From Eledone cirrhosa (Eukaryota), in contig OZ024741.1 of the NCBI GenBank assembly GCA_964016885.1, forward strand, positions 382,416,001 to 382,480,000: 64,000 nt of DNA, in the 5' to 3' direction. The notes below the pieces were generated by a model. It was not told where the DNA came from. It ran no database searches and saw only the letters and a program-made list of their open reading frames with translations. The position numbers were made by a program, and so were the translations under genes. Below, one piece after another: positions 39,580 through 52,657 of the stretch (positions within the stretch are counted from its first letter, which is position 1; every line of letters begins with the position of its first letter).

Positions 39580-42258
39580 GACAGGCGAAGGATATTGATT
39601 AAAAGGAAATTGGCCATTGACCAATTCTTCAATGCAAAGCACGAAGGCTGCGTTGTCAGAGCTAGGGTGCGTGCTCTCAGACACGAGGGGACGAAAGCCG
39701 TTCAATGGGCCCGAGTGGCGGAAGCGGGTCGTGGCAACAAAGCCACGATCCCTTCTTTGGTGGAGCACGACGGGCGCATCCTATTCGATCCCGGGAAAAT
39801 GTGTGAAGCTTTTCAGCGACACTTCGCTCAACTGTTCTGGGGAAGCAGCGGGCCGGATTGAGGGATGGACTTTAGTGTCTACCTCGACGGACTGCCGCGG
39901 CTCTCGGCTACTGAGGTGGAGTGTTTCGAAACGCCAATAACAGCCGCTGAACTACGGGAGGCAATGACTGTCTGCAGAAGGGGTAAATCGCCTAGTTTGG
40001 ATGGTCTGCCCTATGAAATTTACGTACAAATGCCAGACTTATTCGAAGGCCTCTTGGCGGACGTCTACTGCCACTGGCAACAGAACGGGAGAATTCCCAG
40101 CTCTGTGAGCCAAGGAGCGGTGGCGCTGCTGAGAAAGGATCCGAACAAGGGGGATAACATAGATAATGTTAGGCCCATAACTCTGCTAAACACAGAGTTC
40201 AAGATTTTGGCCGAGGTGCTAGCAAAGAGGTTGGCGCTTGTCGTTGGTGATCTGGTGGGAGAGGCGCAGACATGACAATTCTCGAAAACCTCCACCTCCT
40301 GCGATACATCGTAGAGAGGGTAGCTAGGGAATCTGGCACGGGGGGGGGGGTCCTTGATCAATTTAGATCAATCGAAAGCTTTCGATAGTGTTGACCAACG
40401 TTACCTAGCGGCAGTCCTGAGTCGGCTGGCTTTGGGCCCGTCTTCAGAGGCTGGATCGCTGCCATGCACAGCGACATCTGCTCTGTGGTGAGAGTGAACG
40501 GTCACCTTTCAGAATCGTTAAACATCATTCGCTCGGTCCGCCAAGGATGTCCCCTCTCGTCCCTCCTGTACGTATTGACTCTCGAGCCATTACTGCACAA
40601 ACTGGAGACGTTGAGGGGAGTTCCGCGCGAACTAGGATTCGGAATATCCGCGTCAGCATATGCGGACGATGTCACTGTAGTGGTGTCGAACGCCAAACAC
40701 ATCGAGGCGATCGGCACTACACTAAGAGAATACGAAGCGGTGACAGGAGCAATGATCAACCAGGAAAAGTCAGTTGGCCTGCAGCTCGGCACCTGGAGAG
40801 GCAGGTCCGTGCCGTCCAACAGCGTCGTCGGCCGCTGGACGGACGGACCGATAAATTGCTAGGGGTCTGTTTCGGCCCGGACCTCCAGACGGACAAAAAC
40901 TGGGACGAAGTGACGAGCAGGGTGGCTTCTCTCACCCAGAAATGGGTGGAGAGGAAGCTATCCCTGAAAGGTCGAGCGCGGGTGGCTAACGCGTACATCG
41001 ATCCGTCATCTGCTACCGCCTGACAGTCGTACTTTGTCCTAAGCCCCGCCTGACTGCGCTGAAGCGTTTGCTCTTTCGCTTTTTGTGGAAGGGACGCGTT
41101 CCGATGGTCAAGCGGTCCATCTGTTGTCAACACCCGCTAAGTGGAGGGGTGGGCATGCCGTGGTTGATGATGCGCAGACACGCGCTCAGGCTACAACATC
41201 TCCACCTCTTCCTCGACGGTCATCAGGTGTGGTCGCCGTTTGCTAGACGCGTCTTTCCCCAGCTCGTTTCCTTGACGGAGCTGCAGTCCTGCGTCAAGAG
41301 AAGACCGAGAGGGAGCGCTTGGAGACTGGAATGTCTTCAGGCGCTCACAGCCCTCGACCAATCGGGCAATGTGATCGGTGGAAACTCCACCTCGGCGTTC
41401 TATAGAGGATTAGTGGAGGGGAAGAGCGACGACGAACTTGGGGAAACTCTAGGCTTCGACGAAAATCAAGTAGCCAATCTCTTCGGAAGAACTTTCGGGC
41501 CGGGGCCTATGGACAACTTCCAGAAATCCCTGGCCAGGCAGTGCTCCCGAGGAGCCTTGCCAGTTCGGGATAAACTCTACAGATATGGAGGTGCCGTTAG
41601 CCGGACATGTCCGAGATGCGCGCAGGGCGAAGAAACCGTCCTGCACGCACTCGTCCAGTGTCCGACAATGGCTGACTTGTGGGTTTATGTCGAACACCTG
41701 CTGTCTCGTGTAGGACGGATCCGGCTATCAGCTGAGTCCATCGTGAGGATTTCCCCGCCCTCTCCCTCTAGCCGGGAAGGGCAGGCAGTTTTTATCTGTC
41801 TGGTGCCCATGGCGAAAGAGATAGTATGGTGGACACGTTTGAAAGGGCTGAAGACGAGCACTTACTTCTTCGGTGATGCCCTGATTAACTTTTTCAAATT
41901 TCATTTGAAAAGGAAAATCAGGGTAGAGAGTGAAGTGCTCTCTTCCCAGCAATTTGTTGAAAGATGGGTGAGTGAATGGGCCTATTCTGATTATGTGTCT
42001 GTAAATTAAAGGTAGAAAACTGGGAGAGGGCACTTGCCCTGGTGATCAGGGTCACTGTGGCCTTTTAATGGGCTTTCTCCACAAATGTCTCTCGTAGGTC
42101 TCCCCCCTATTGGGGAATTTTTCATTGTTATTTTTTTGTTACATCCTCTGTTTTTGTTTTTTTTTACACGCAGAAATGCCCATTTGTACCGTCCTGTATT
42201 GTCCTGTACTGTCCTTAAAATCAACTTTATGTAAACCCTTGTGGTTAATAAATAAAGC
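39580..42258 (+). mobile_element. 5'-truncated Tx1 LINE (RT + zinc finger + 3' UTR)
   Basis: KSPSLDG, RPITLLN, QGCPLS, YADD and CPRC..HALVQC; collinear with 3450-6114; ends AATAAAGC + (ATT)n. Confidence 0.92.
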
Positions 42259-42292
42259 ATTATCATTATTTTATTAGTATTATTATTATTAT

Positions 42293-44961
42293 GGAAATAT
42301 ACACGGCGCAGGAAATTTTGCTCCCGTATGTTTTTGATTTTTGAACAGTTTTTATTGAGAACTTACTGTAAAATTTATATTGTTTAGTGTTTAATCACAC
42401 CCCGCTTCTCTTGAGGTGGTCGAAATTAATCGCTATTTAGCCCTCCGGGGCTAAATTCCAATTTGAACTATGCATTTGGCAAATGCGCCCACAAAAAATA
42501 AGAAAAATGACGTCACCCAAAACATCCCTTTCTCTACCTTGTCTTCTCTCAAAACTTCGTTCTTCACGAAGCTGTCAGCTCGGCGTCTCACTTTCCTTTT
42601 CATCTTCTTCATTGTCGCGTAAGTCAGGCAAAGGCCGTTTCATCTTCTTTTTCATCAAGTGGCGGTCGAGAAGCGGTTGTTGCTGATGCATTTGGCAACA
42701 AAGGACGTAACGGCAGCAGCAGCAGGAGCAGCAGCAGTAAAAATAACACCTGTGGTAGTAGTACCCACAGCAACAGCAACACTAACAACAGCACCAAGAA
42801 CAACACAAACTGCAACAACAACACCAACATGAACAACGACAACGCCAACAACAACACCTACGACAACAAGAACACTTTCACTGCGGCAGCTGCGAAGAAA
42901 ATGCCATGCTTCAGCATGTACTTGACAGACAAGGAGACAAATTTGGCCAAGGCATGGAAGCTCATCAAACAGGAGCAAACCTAGGCCAACTTCATTGTCC
43001 CGGCAGAGGCCATAGAAGCGGTGGAGAACGGAACTCTGGTCTTCAGATACATCTCAGCTGAAACGAAAAGAGCCACAAACTCTCCCCAAGCAGACGTCGA
43101 GGCTGCGCTGAGGGGATTCAGAGGAAATACAGAGTACGTAGCGAGGTGTCGACAATGGGGCCCCATCTCGGTGCTGTTTAAGTATGAGGCCCTCGCTGTG
43201 AAGCACTCGACGACCCTTTGCAAAGCCAGCAAGGTGCATTATGTACCCCCTCCCACATGGGAAACAGAACGGTTAGAGTGCACATTCCCACGATTCCACC
43301 TGCACTAGATATGTGGTGGCGCTTGGGATGCGTGATTGTGGAAGGGTCAGATGCCATCCCGATAGAGGTAACAAGGACATAAATAGAGGACTGGTCCTGT
43401 TTGATCTGGAGATACTTCTCCAGATCAAACCTGAAAAAATAATGAAAATTGTGGAGCAGATCCACCTCCAAAACGAGACGGCTCTACAAGTGATGGCTAA
43501 GGGCAAAACGCCGCACTGTTTTGGTTGCGGCGAAAAAACACACCTGCGAGCCTTCTGCCCTCAGCTGTTGAAATATGCAAGGAGTCAAACGTCTCCACTG
43601 CTGCCGATGCCTGGGCCTCATCGCGAAACAACAACACCAACAACAAAATGTGCAGCAGCAACACCAGCAGAACCAACAACAATTGTAAAGGCCACCAAGA
43701 CCACCCAGGGGCCACTCCAAATAATCTCTACCCCCAACCCCACCCACCCCTCGTACACACACACACATTGAAACACACACACCCATACACGCACTGCCAC
43801 TTACATCTGACACAAACACAGAAACCTCTTCATCACTGACCGAAAATGACGAGGATCACGAAAAGCCCCTCCAAAAAACAAAAAAAGAGAACACGAAGAA
43901 ATCTCACACAACAACACAAACAGCAAACAAAAAAACACATTCGCACTAAACACAGACACACATACTACAGTATCCACCCCCGCAACAACACAATCGTCAA
44001 CACAAACACCATCTCCACCACCATCACTTCCACTAACACAAACAAGTAAAAGAAAACACACACAGCAACAACTTGCAACAGCAACAACACCTAACTTCGT
44101 GTTAGTGAGGAAATCGAACACAAAACAACTGAACCTCATAACACGAGTGAGGAAATAGAGAAGGATGGGGGGGGGGGCGTTTGACACCTGCGCCTTCAAG
44201 GTGCCACAAACACTTTTGCTGGCAAATAGGTCTAAGCAGTTTGAAACCATTAGGGAGACCTTCCCCAACGACGTGAGTACATCAAGTAGGCATTTAAAGG
44301 TGTTTCCAAACCCCACCAACTATGGAGGTCGAACCATCCGACCTTCACAAGAGCCCAGCGGGTAAGTAAACCTTTCCTCTCTCTTTTAAGCCTGCCAACA
44401 TGGCCATATTAAGAGTAGGATGTTTTAATGTTCGAGGCCAGGGATCGTCCTGAAGCAGGGTCACCTGCACAACGATCTCAGGTCTCTAGAAATTGTTGTA
44501 ATTGCCACCAGCGAGACCAGGATTTCCGACACACGCGCAGTAGCCCCCATTTTTGACGACCATCAGATCTTCGCATCTGTTAGTCGGCCGGTAATGGGAG
44601 GTGGGGTTGGCAGTGTTGTTTAGGGAAGGCCTGGATCTCGAAGTAAGGTCGATATTCCGGGACCCGGACGGTAAGTTGGTGGTCCTAGACGTGAACAATA
44701 GCGAAGGTGGTGCCTTCAGACTGGTCGCCGTCTACGCCCCTCCTGCGGCAGGACGGCCGGACTTCTTCAGACGCCTAGAAGCCTTTATGGGTACGTCGCC
44801 TCTTTTACTGTTAGCGGGGGACGCGAACGGTGTCCTAGACGCACGCTGGGACTGTATGGGAGTATCCGATAGGAGCGGGGGTGCAAAAGCCTCAAGTACC
44901 TGATCAGCCAGTTCCAACTGTCTGACAGGTACCGACTAGATTTCCCTGATGCGCCAACTTG
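42293..44961 (+). mobile_element. 5' part of a Tx1 LINE (5' UTR, decayed ORF1, start of APE), truncated at a PLE
   Basis: 5' UTR hairpin ATTTAGCCC-TCC-GGGCTAAAT, CFGCGEKTHLRAFC, FRLVAVYAP. Confidence 0.85.
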
Positions 44962-46260
44962 AGTTATCGAAGAGGAGGACTGTCCTGGCGTGGAAAATGA
45001 TGTTTCTTTCCTGGTCGGTGATGGGTGTAAGTGTTTTGGCAAAGTCCAAAGCGGCAGTAAGGAGCGGTAGGGTAATAGAGGCGTAATTGCGCTCTATGTG
45101 GTACTGGATGAATTTGGTGTCCCGTTTATCCTCAATATTCCTGAACCATGAGATGACTTCCTGGGTGCTGAGCCAAAGGCTAAGTCTTGCGTTTTGCTTG
45201 ACTTTTGGTATAACGCGGTCTAGGATCTTTATGCTGATCCTCCTTATATCCAAATTTGTCGGGTTTATAAGCCTGATGGATGGTTTGCAGTCGAAGTCTG
45301 ATTTATGGTCATCGCAAGGACGCCGCCCGTGTAACTTATGCTCGGAGGAAACATTACAAATGCTGTTTACGAAGGACCAACTCCTAAACAAAAAAGAGGA
45401 ATTTGTAACTGCATGTAAACTCCGATTGCATAGGAGTTACCTTGCCTTCAAACCCCTCACGACCCAGGCGGGTAGACAATGGCTTTAATATCTTCCTTTT
45501 CCCCACTTGCCGAACAGGTTAGAGGAAAACCCAGTATACATAGGAGGATGTAATACTTTTCCTTTTTTCCTTTTATCCCTTCTTCTCACTTCCTTCCACT
45601 CCCTCTCCTCTTCATTTTCCTTTTTCCTCTTTCGCTTACCCTGAGGCAGCCCATCGGGTTTTTGTAACCTCAGTATCCCCAACCGCGCAAAATCGATATA
45701 TCATTGGCTGAAAACACAACACCAGCTAAAAATATAGCAGCAGTTTTCTTTTTTAGGGCTATGCATCGTTATTTATATTTTACCGTTGTGAGATGAAGCC
45801 TCGGGGTTCTGAATTAGATGTAGTTTATTATTCCCAGTTTTCTTGATTTAGACTCTAATTTTTTTTATTTTATAATTTCCCATTTTCAGATTCCTGTATA
45901 ATTCTATTTTCGCTTGTTTGTTAGCTAACCGACTTTATCCACACTCCTTAGAAATTGCTGTATAGAATTTACTTTTTACGCTTGACCGGCGCCACCCACT
46001 CCTTCTTTCTTCTACAGGCAAGTTCAGCCCCAAACCCCCCACCCGACGCCATGAAAGATTTAACTGTGTTTACAAGGAACTTCGACCACTCCTTTTGAGA
46101 ACTACAACCTTCAGAAATGGCTGATTATCGCATGCCCATATATGGAATTACCCCCTTCAATTGTTTGGCTATATCAATACCACTCTAAAAATTAAATTTA
46201 GTCCAGAAATAGCCGTCGAAACGGCTTGAGCACTGCCGTCGGGGTCCTGACTCTACGTTT
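44962..46260. mobile_element. Naiad-type PLE with an internal inversion
   Basis: 44962-45320 minus strand gives an RT N-terminal piece (DHK..RLINPT..WLSTQEVISWF..KFIQ); 45320-45488 plus strand gives CNLCSEE..LNKKEE..AC; a half-hammerhead lies at 46204-46246. Confidence 0.82.
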
Positions 46261-46436
46261 CTAGGAAACCAAAGTATCGTCTTCCTGTCTTCCTTCGGTT
46301 GCAACGTTTTTCGAATTAGTTACTTCTGCGTTCTCAGATTGATTCTTTTTAGATTCAGAAGATCCCGTTAAGTGTGACATTAGCGATTCTTTGCTTAAAC
46401 TTTAATCTGTTATTTTAAAATATATATATATATATA

Positions 46437-46502
<66 letters not shown>

Positions 46503-47166
46503 CGTGTGTGTGGGGGGGGCGTGTGTGTGCGTGTGTGTGCGTGTGTATGCGTGTGCGTGTACGTGTGTGTGCGTGTGCGTGTGTGCGTGTGTGTGTATGT
46601 GTGTGTGTATTAATTTCACCAGATTCCAATTAAATCTTATGGAATTTAGCTTTAAAAAAAAGACCAAACACCTACCATCGTCATGATACGAATTGAGAGA
46701 CTCATATAGAGCACATACTATGTACTTCAAAAAGAAAGGAGATTTCTCTTTCCCTGAGTACTGCTTATTCAAATATTACATTTCAGTAATTACATGTCGC
46801 AGACGAAAGTTATAAGTATTTCTCAAATAAACTAATAACTTTTGGAAAACTATAAATGGCATTGTCTTCAGGAACAAATGCACAGCTGCTTTGTTAATTT
46901 AATGTTAATTTTTATTGCTCGCTGGACTTTTATTTCAATCTCAAATATCAAGTTGTCTGCCAACGCTCTTAACATAAATAGTGACTAACGTTCTTGACAT
47001 TTCTAGTTTACTAGGGATATTAATTAGTTTTGTGAATATTCGGTATCAATTGTTGTCCTACGTAATAATTTAGCAACGCCATTCAAAGAAAATATATAAT
47101 TATAAAAGATACAAGAGTAAAGAAAGTAATTCTATTTAATTAATTGAAGGAGAATTTGGTAAAATA

Positions 47167-47345
47167 ATGTTTTCTGATTTAGGCAAAAGGCCGACAATTT
47201 TTTGGAGGAGGAAGTCGATTAAATCGACCCCAGTGTGTTACGGCACTTTTATTTTATCAATCTCGTGAGGATAAAAGGCAAAGTTAAACTCGATGGAATT
47301 TCATCTCAGAACGTAAAGGTATGTAACTACATGCCGCAGAGCATC
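47167..47345 (-). mobile_element. tRNA-derived SINE, related subfamily
   Basis: Same core with an extra GTCGATTAAATCGAC hairpin segment. Confidence 0.75.
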
Positions 47346-47660
47346 AAAATCAATATGTTTCATATATTTCACCACTCTTATGCAGACCTTTCAACACTCT
47401 TCATCCGAAAGGGAGATCCTCCACTCACTATGGGGTGAATGAGAGAGGTCTTGTATTTTGAAAAAAGGGTGTAGCTGTCACTATGTAAAGTTTCCCCATT
47501 TTGCCTAATTTTGCCCCGTGTGGGTTCATTTTTTCATGGTACTCCCTGTTTTGGTAATTAGAGTTTGGCTGGTCTTCTTATGTGCAATATATCATGTCAT
47601 ACATTATGCTAAATAATCCTTGCATTCTTCTAATCCCATATCATAATATTATTACAATGT

Positions 47661-47848
47661 TAGGGGATTGGCAATAGCAGTAGGGGTCAGACGCCATGCT
47701 TTGACGCATAGAGTTGCGGCCCTTGCCATTCTGAGTTCAAATCCAGCCGAGGTTAACTTTGTCTTTCATCCTTACGGTGTCGATAAAATAAAGTACCAGT
47801 CATGCACTGGGTATTTGCTGGCCTGGTGCCAAAAGTAGAAACAATTAT
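47661..47848 (+). mobile_element. tRNA-derived SINE, tandem copy 1
   Basis: B box GAGTTCAAATCC at 47733-47744; matches 19362-19548. Confidence 0.88.
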
Positions 47849-47856
47849 TACAATTT

Positions 47857-48050
47857 TAGGGTAGTGGATTGGCAGTATCGGTAGCGTGTCGGACACCATG
47901 CTTTTCAGCATAGAGTTATGGCCCTTTGCGTTCTGAATTTAAATGCCAACGAGGTTATCTTTACCTTACATACTTAGGGGGTCGATAAACGGAAGAACCA
48001 GTAACGCACTGAGGTCATTGCTGGCTTTGTATCAAATATAGAAACAATTA
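47857..48050 (+). mobile_element. tRNA-derived SINE, tandem copy 2
   Basis: Matches the preceding copy. Confidence 0.85.
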
Positions 48051-48391
48051 TTATAATGTTCAATTTCAAATTCTTTAATTTTAAATTTTTAAAGGATTTC
48101 TTTCAAATTAATATATATATATATATATATATTATTTATACCATTCTTTTCTATTTTTCTATTTTTTTTTCTAATCTTTAATTTCCTTTTCTCCCCTCTG
48201 CCATTCCGTCATTTTGTCATTTTTGTCATCTTCCAGATTCTTCATATTCATATTTGTATGTATGTATGCCTGTGTCTAGGCATGTATTTATTTACCTACT
48301 TACGCGTGTTTTTGTGTATATATGTAAGCATGTATGTATGTGTGTATGTGTGTTTATTTATATATACATAAGTATACACAAGTATACACAC

Positions 48392-48430
<39 letters not shown>

Positions 48431-48552
48431 AATATATAAATTAAATAAAAATGGCGTAGACATTACAATAGAATAGGAGGGAACATAGTAGTACCACTGA
48501 TGGTCTTCCAGATGTGCAACGGAAGAACTCTGATAGACTATATATATATATA

Positions 48553-48747
48553 TAGGAAAAAAGTATGACCCCGACGGCAGAGCTCAAGCAATTTAGACGG
48601 CTACTTCTGAGTATAGAAATAGCAGTCGAAACGGCTTGAGCTCTGCCGTCGTGGTCATACTTTTTCCTATTCCCCACTCTACTAACCTAAGTATTGAGTA
48701 CTCTGGTGCGTTATGGTCCATCTGGTTCCTTACCACAATTCCTTTGT
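48553..48747 (+). mobile_element. ~200-bp fold-back element (hairpin + tail) in (TA)n
   Basis: 48553-48670 is a near-perfect hairpin; same family at 57679-57866 and a diverged relative at 57451-57651. Confidence 0.8.
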
Positions 48748-48762
48748 TATATATATATATAT

Positions 48763-48953
48763 ATAATATTATAAAGCTGAGTGTCCTGTGTATGTATTAT
48801 GTATGTATCCTACACACCTCCCTATAATTTCTTAGCTTTACTCTCTCCGTCTCTCTACCCTCTCTCTATAATAGATCATTCCCCGTCTCTATAATTTAAC
48901 TACTTTACTCTCTCTGTTGCTCTTCACTCTCTAATATTATAAAGCTGAGCGTC

Positions 48954-49022
<69 letters not shown>

Positions 49023-49877
49023 TCTCTCTATCTCTCTCTCTCTCTCTCTCCCTCTTTCACCCTCTCTATAATTTAACTGCTTTACTTTCTGTCTCTCTTC
49101 GCTCTCTATATGACAACACTCTTTTACTTCCCGTATCTACCTTCAATATATCAATATATACCCAGGTTCTGCTGCACGTCGGACTGAGGGGGCCAAACTC
49201 CTCAAATACCGGTCGCTCTCCGACAGGTTTGCGGTCGTACCCCTGGCATTGGAGACTCTGGTGTCATCGGCCCCAGGGCTACCTCCTTACTCACCACCAT
49301 AGGCGCTGAGCTGGCCAGTCGCAGGTGTGATCCCCGCGAGTTGGAGTGGCTTTTCCAGCGCGTCTCCCTTGCTGTCCGCCGGGGAAACGCCTTCTCCATT
49401 CTGTCCACGGGGGCTGTGGGTGGGCCCAATCGCGTACTGTTGTAGTTGTTGTATACAGATATTAACTCATCAATCCCATTATTTATATCATATATGAACA
49501 TAGAGATGAGCGTCGTATGTATGTTTATTTCAAAAGGATAACCTCCTTCAAATTCGGTCAACACACAAGCAGGTAATACATACATCAAAAGGCAACCTTC
49601 TTAGAGAGATAGAGAGTGAAAGAGACAGATTAGGAAAACTACACACTCACAAATATCTAAAGAGAGATAGAGAGGAGAGAAGAGAGAGAAAGAGACAGTG
49701 AAAGAAAAACAGAGTGACCGGCAAGCAGGTAATATATACATCTAAAATCATTTGGATACAAATATCATAATATAATGGTTGCAGAACGAAAATACAGACA
49801 AATGTAATAATGTATGTATCCCACACACTTTTTCTGCCGTCGCTCTCATAAGTAACACACACACACACACACACACC

Positions 49878-49925
<48 letters not shown>

Positions 49926-50452
49926 TACACATACGTTCACACCTTATTTCTCCAAAGCAAGATAACATCTAAACAAAACACACAGACACACACATGCACA
50001 TATCTATATTTATATGTATGTATGTAAGATCATTCCCCCTCTCTATAAGTTAACTGCTTTACTCTCTCTGTCGCTCTTCACTCTCTATATGACAACACTG
50101 TTTTAGTTTCCGTATCTCCCTTCAATATATACATACATATGTATAGAGAGTGAGGGAGAGAGAGAGAGAAAGAGAGATATTTAGAGAAAGATTAGGAAAA
50201 CTACACACACACATATACAGAGAGAGACAGAAAAACAGAGGGAGAGGGAGAAGAGAGAGATATGCCGTTAGACAGAAGGAGATACAATTAAAGTGTCTGT
50301 TATTCAGAGAGAGAGAGAAAGAAAGAGAGAGAGAGAGAGAGAGGGAGAGAGAGTCGGAAGGTCAATGTGACACGGAAGGGTGTGTGGTATCTTTGCAGTG
50401 GAATGGTGGGGGCAGGTATACCTAGCCGAGCGCCATCCGGACGATCAGATAG
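48763..50452 (+). mobile_element. Probable non-autonomous Helitron with internal duplications and CT/CA/GA microsatellites
   Basis: 5' TAATATTATAAAGCTGAG (repeated with a TC start at ~48930); 3' short GC hairpin then ATAG-T (CTAG variant). Confidence 0.5.
49161..49460 (+). mobile_element. 3' fragment of a CRE-clade RLE retrotransposon
   Basis: Manual translation with one frameshift gives AARRTEGAKLLKY..FAVVPLALET.GVIGP..WLFQRVSLAVRRGNAFSI, typical of a CRE C-terminus; GC-rich island. Confidence 0.78.
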
Positions 50453-50463
50453 TATATATATAT

Positions 50464-50588
50464 ATCGTTCCTTTGTTAGTGTTGAACAAAATGGCAACGA
50501 TGGTTGCCACACACTGTACGGCTAATAATTCGGTTTGTTTGTTTACGAACAAACCGAGAATTATAATAAATGTTCGGTAAACCCATAC

Positions 50589-50681
<93 letters not shown>

Positions 50682-50775
50682 TGTGTGTGTGTGTGTGTAT
50701 GTGTGTGTGTGTGTGTGTGTGCGTGCATGTATGTATGTATATACATACTACTGTTCGTCTGTATACATATATGTA
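50464..50775 (+). mobile_element. Family A retrozyme-like copy beginning at the hammerhead cleavage site
   Basis: Starts ATCGTTCCTTTG, the sequence just 3' of the GUA triplet in 15307-15349. Confidence 0.75.
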
Positions 50776-50995
50776 TACGAAAAAACTATGACTATATATA
50801 AACAACTATCTGGTTGTGGAACCAACCAACCAACCAGAAATTTATAAATTTGTAAATTTATAAATATATAATAAACTGAAGTGAAAGCAACTGGTGCGTG
50901 TGTTTCTTATTGGCAACATGACGCTCCCAAAGTATAACAATATCGGTTTCAACACACGATTTCAGATGAAGAATCTTGCTAAACAAATTCAGAAA

Positions 50996-51060
<65 letters not shown>

Positions 51061-51099
51061 TACATATATATATGTGTGTACATACATACGTATGTACAG

Positions 51100-51910
51100 A
51101 CTGCCAATACTGGAACTGAATAATCAAAACCGTAGCGGTATGTCACATATCAAATCATATATTCTGATGAAAACGTAGTTAAACACCATAGTACCTTTGA
51201 AATATGTATAACAAAGTATATATTTTGATTATGAGAATATTTTTCATTTGTTAACATTTTGAATAATATTAAAATCTCGAGGAAAACCTGCTGTTGCGTA
51301 CTTCTAATCTATTGTAAAATTGTATTCGTTGAGTAATCAACGAACCATACTAAAATTAATGATAAATAAGCAAATTTCCTTGATATATCCCTTAATCTAG
51401 ATTACCCATATCATGTATTACTCATATCATACGGATAATGAGAACCTAAATTACGTTAACTTTAAATCTAACCACCGTAATCATGTTAAAACTGCTATAG
51501 TCAGAAGTGTTGAAAAAAGAATTTCTAATTGATACTCTAATAAAGATATCTTCGAAGCTAATGCCAACTATTATAATAATGCGTTATCTAGGGCTGGATA
51601 TCCAGACAGAATTAGATATGCTAAGGAAACTAATCTTGGCAGAACTTATAGTAATGTAGCTAGTAATAACCATACCACTAACAAAAGGAGTAGACCTAAA
51701 TATAAAAATATCCTTTGGTACAACGATCCCTTCTCTCTTTCAGTTATTAATAATATCCCTAAATTATTTTTTAGGGCTTTAGATAACAGCTTCCCCACTT
51801 CACATATAGTAAGGATTTCAATAAGCATACCATTAAATTCTCATATTCCACTACTTCCATCATTTTTAAAATTATCTCAAGACATAAATCGAAAATAGTA
51901 AATAATAACT
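51100..51910 (+). mobile_element. Decayed Naiad-type PLE fragment with a degenerate hammerhead (51158-51215)
   Basis: NFLDISLNL, NLNYVNFKSNH, NYYNNALSRAGY and WYNDPFS match the 31590-33690 protein; CTGATGA...GAAA-tatgta-TA upstream. Confidence 0.78.
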
Positions 51911-52074
51911 CATATGCATCAAACCATGAGAGTCATAATAATAACAATGTAAGGCCCGACGTCAATGTAAACTCTAGGCAAAATAACACAAGTATAAATA
52001 CCGTAACTTTGAGGAATACATCAAATAGTAATGTAAATCTGGAAACTTTAGCACCTCCTTTAGCTAATTCCACC

Positions 52075-52639
52075 ACTCTTGCTGCTGCTGCTGTTGTTGT
52101 TGCTGTTGCTGCTGCTGCTGCTGTTATTACGGCTACTACTGCTATTTTCATGACGTCAGACGAATGAAATGGCTTTCCGTATTTACCGCACACATATTTC
52201 GTCGTTGTCGTCGTCGTGGAGAAATGTTCCACGGTATGCACGTGCTCTTGGTGAAAGCTATCAGAAACTATATTTATCTATTTTCTTTAATGGCGTCGCT
52301 TGCGAAAGAGGCGACACCACATTTAGAGAAGGGAGGGAGTGAGACAATCTTCTCTCTGATGTAGTGACCATTGAGGAAGAGGGAATGTGTGGGAGTGACT
52401 TGTGAAAATTATTTTTTGTAGCCAAGTTTTTTGGGGTTTAAAATGAATATTGGACACAAAACCCCAATAAGCGGTTATTTAACCCCGAAGGGCCAAATAA
52501 CGGACAGAAAGACCCCTCTCACGAGGAGGAGGGTGTTTTTATCTACAATTTGGTTAAAGTTTTAAACAATTTACAATTGTTATAGCGGTTAAAAATTACT
52601 ATACCTTACAGAGCCGAGCCTCCGTCAACCATGGCATTC
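52075..52639 (-). mobile_element. 5' UTR and ORF1 start of a Tx1 LINE
   Basis: Minus strand resembles 42330-42800 (paired UTR hairpins, CAG/CAA-rich tract). Confidence 0.65.
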
Positions 52640-52657
52640 AATAATAATAATAATAAT

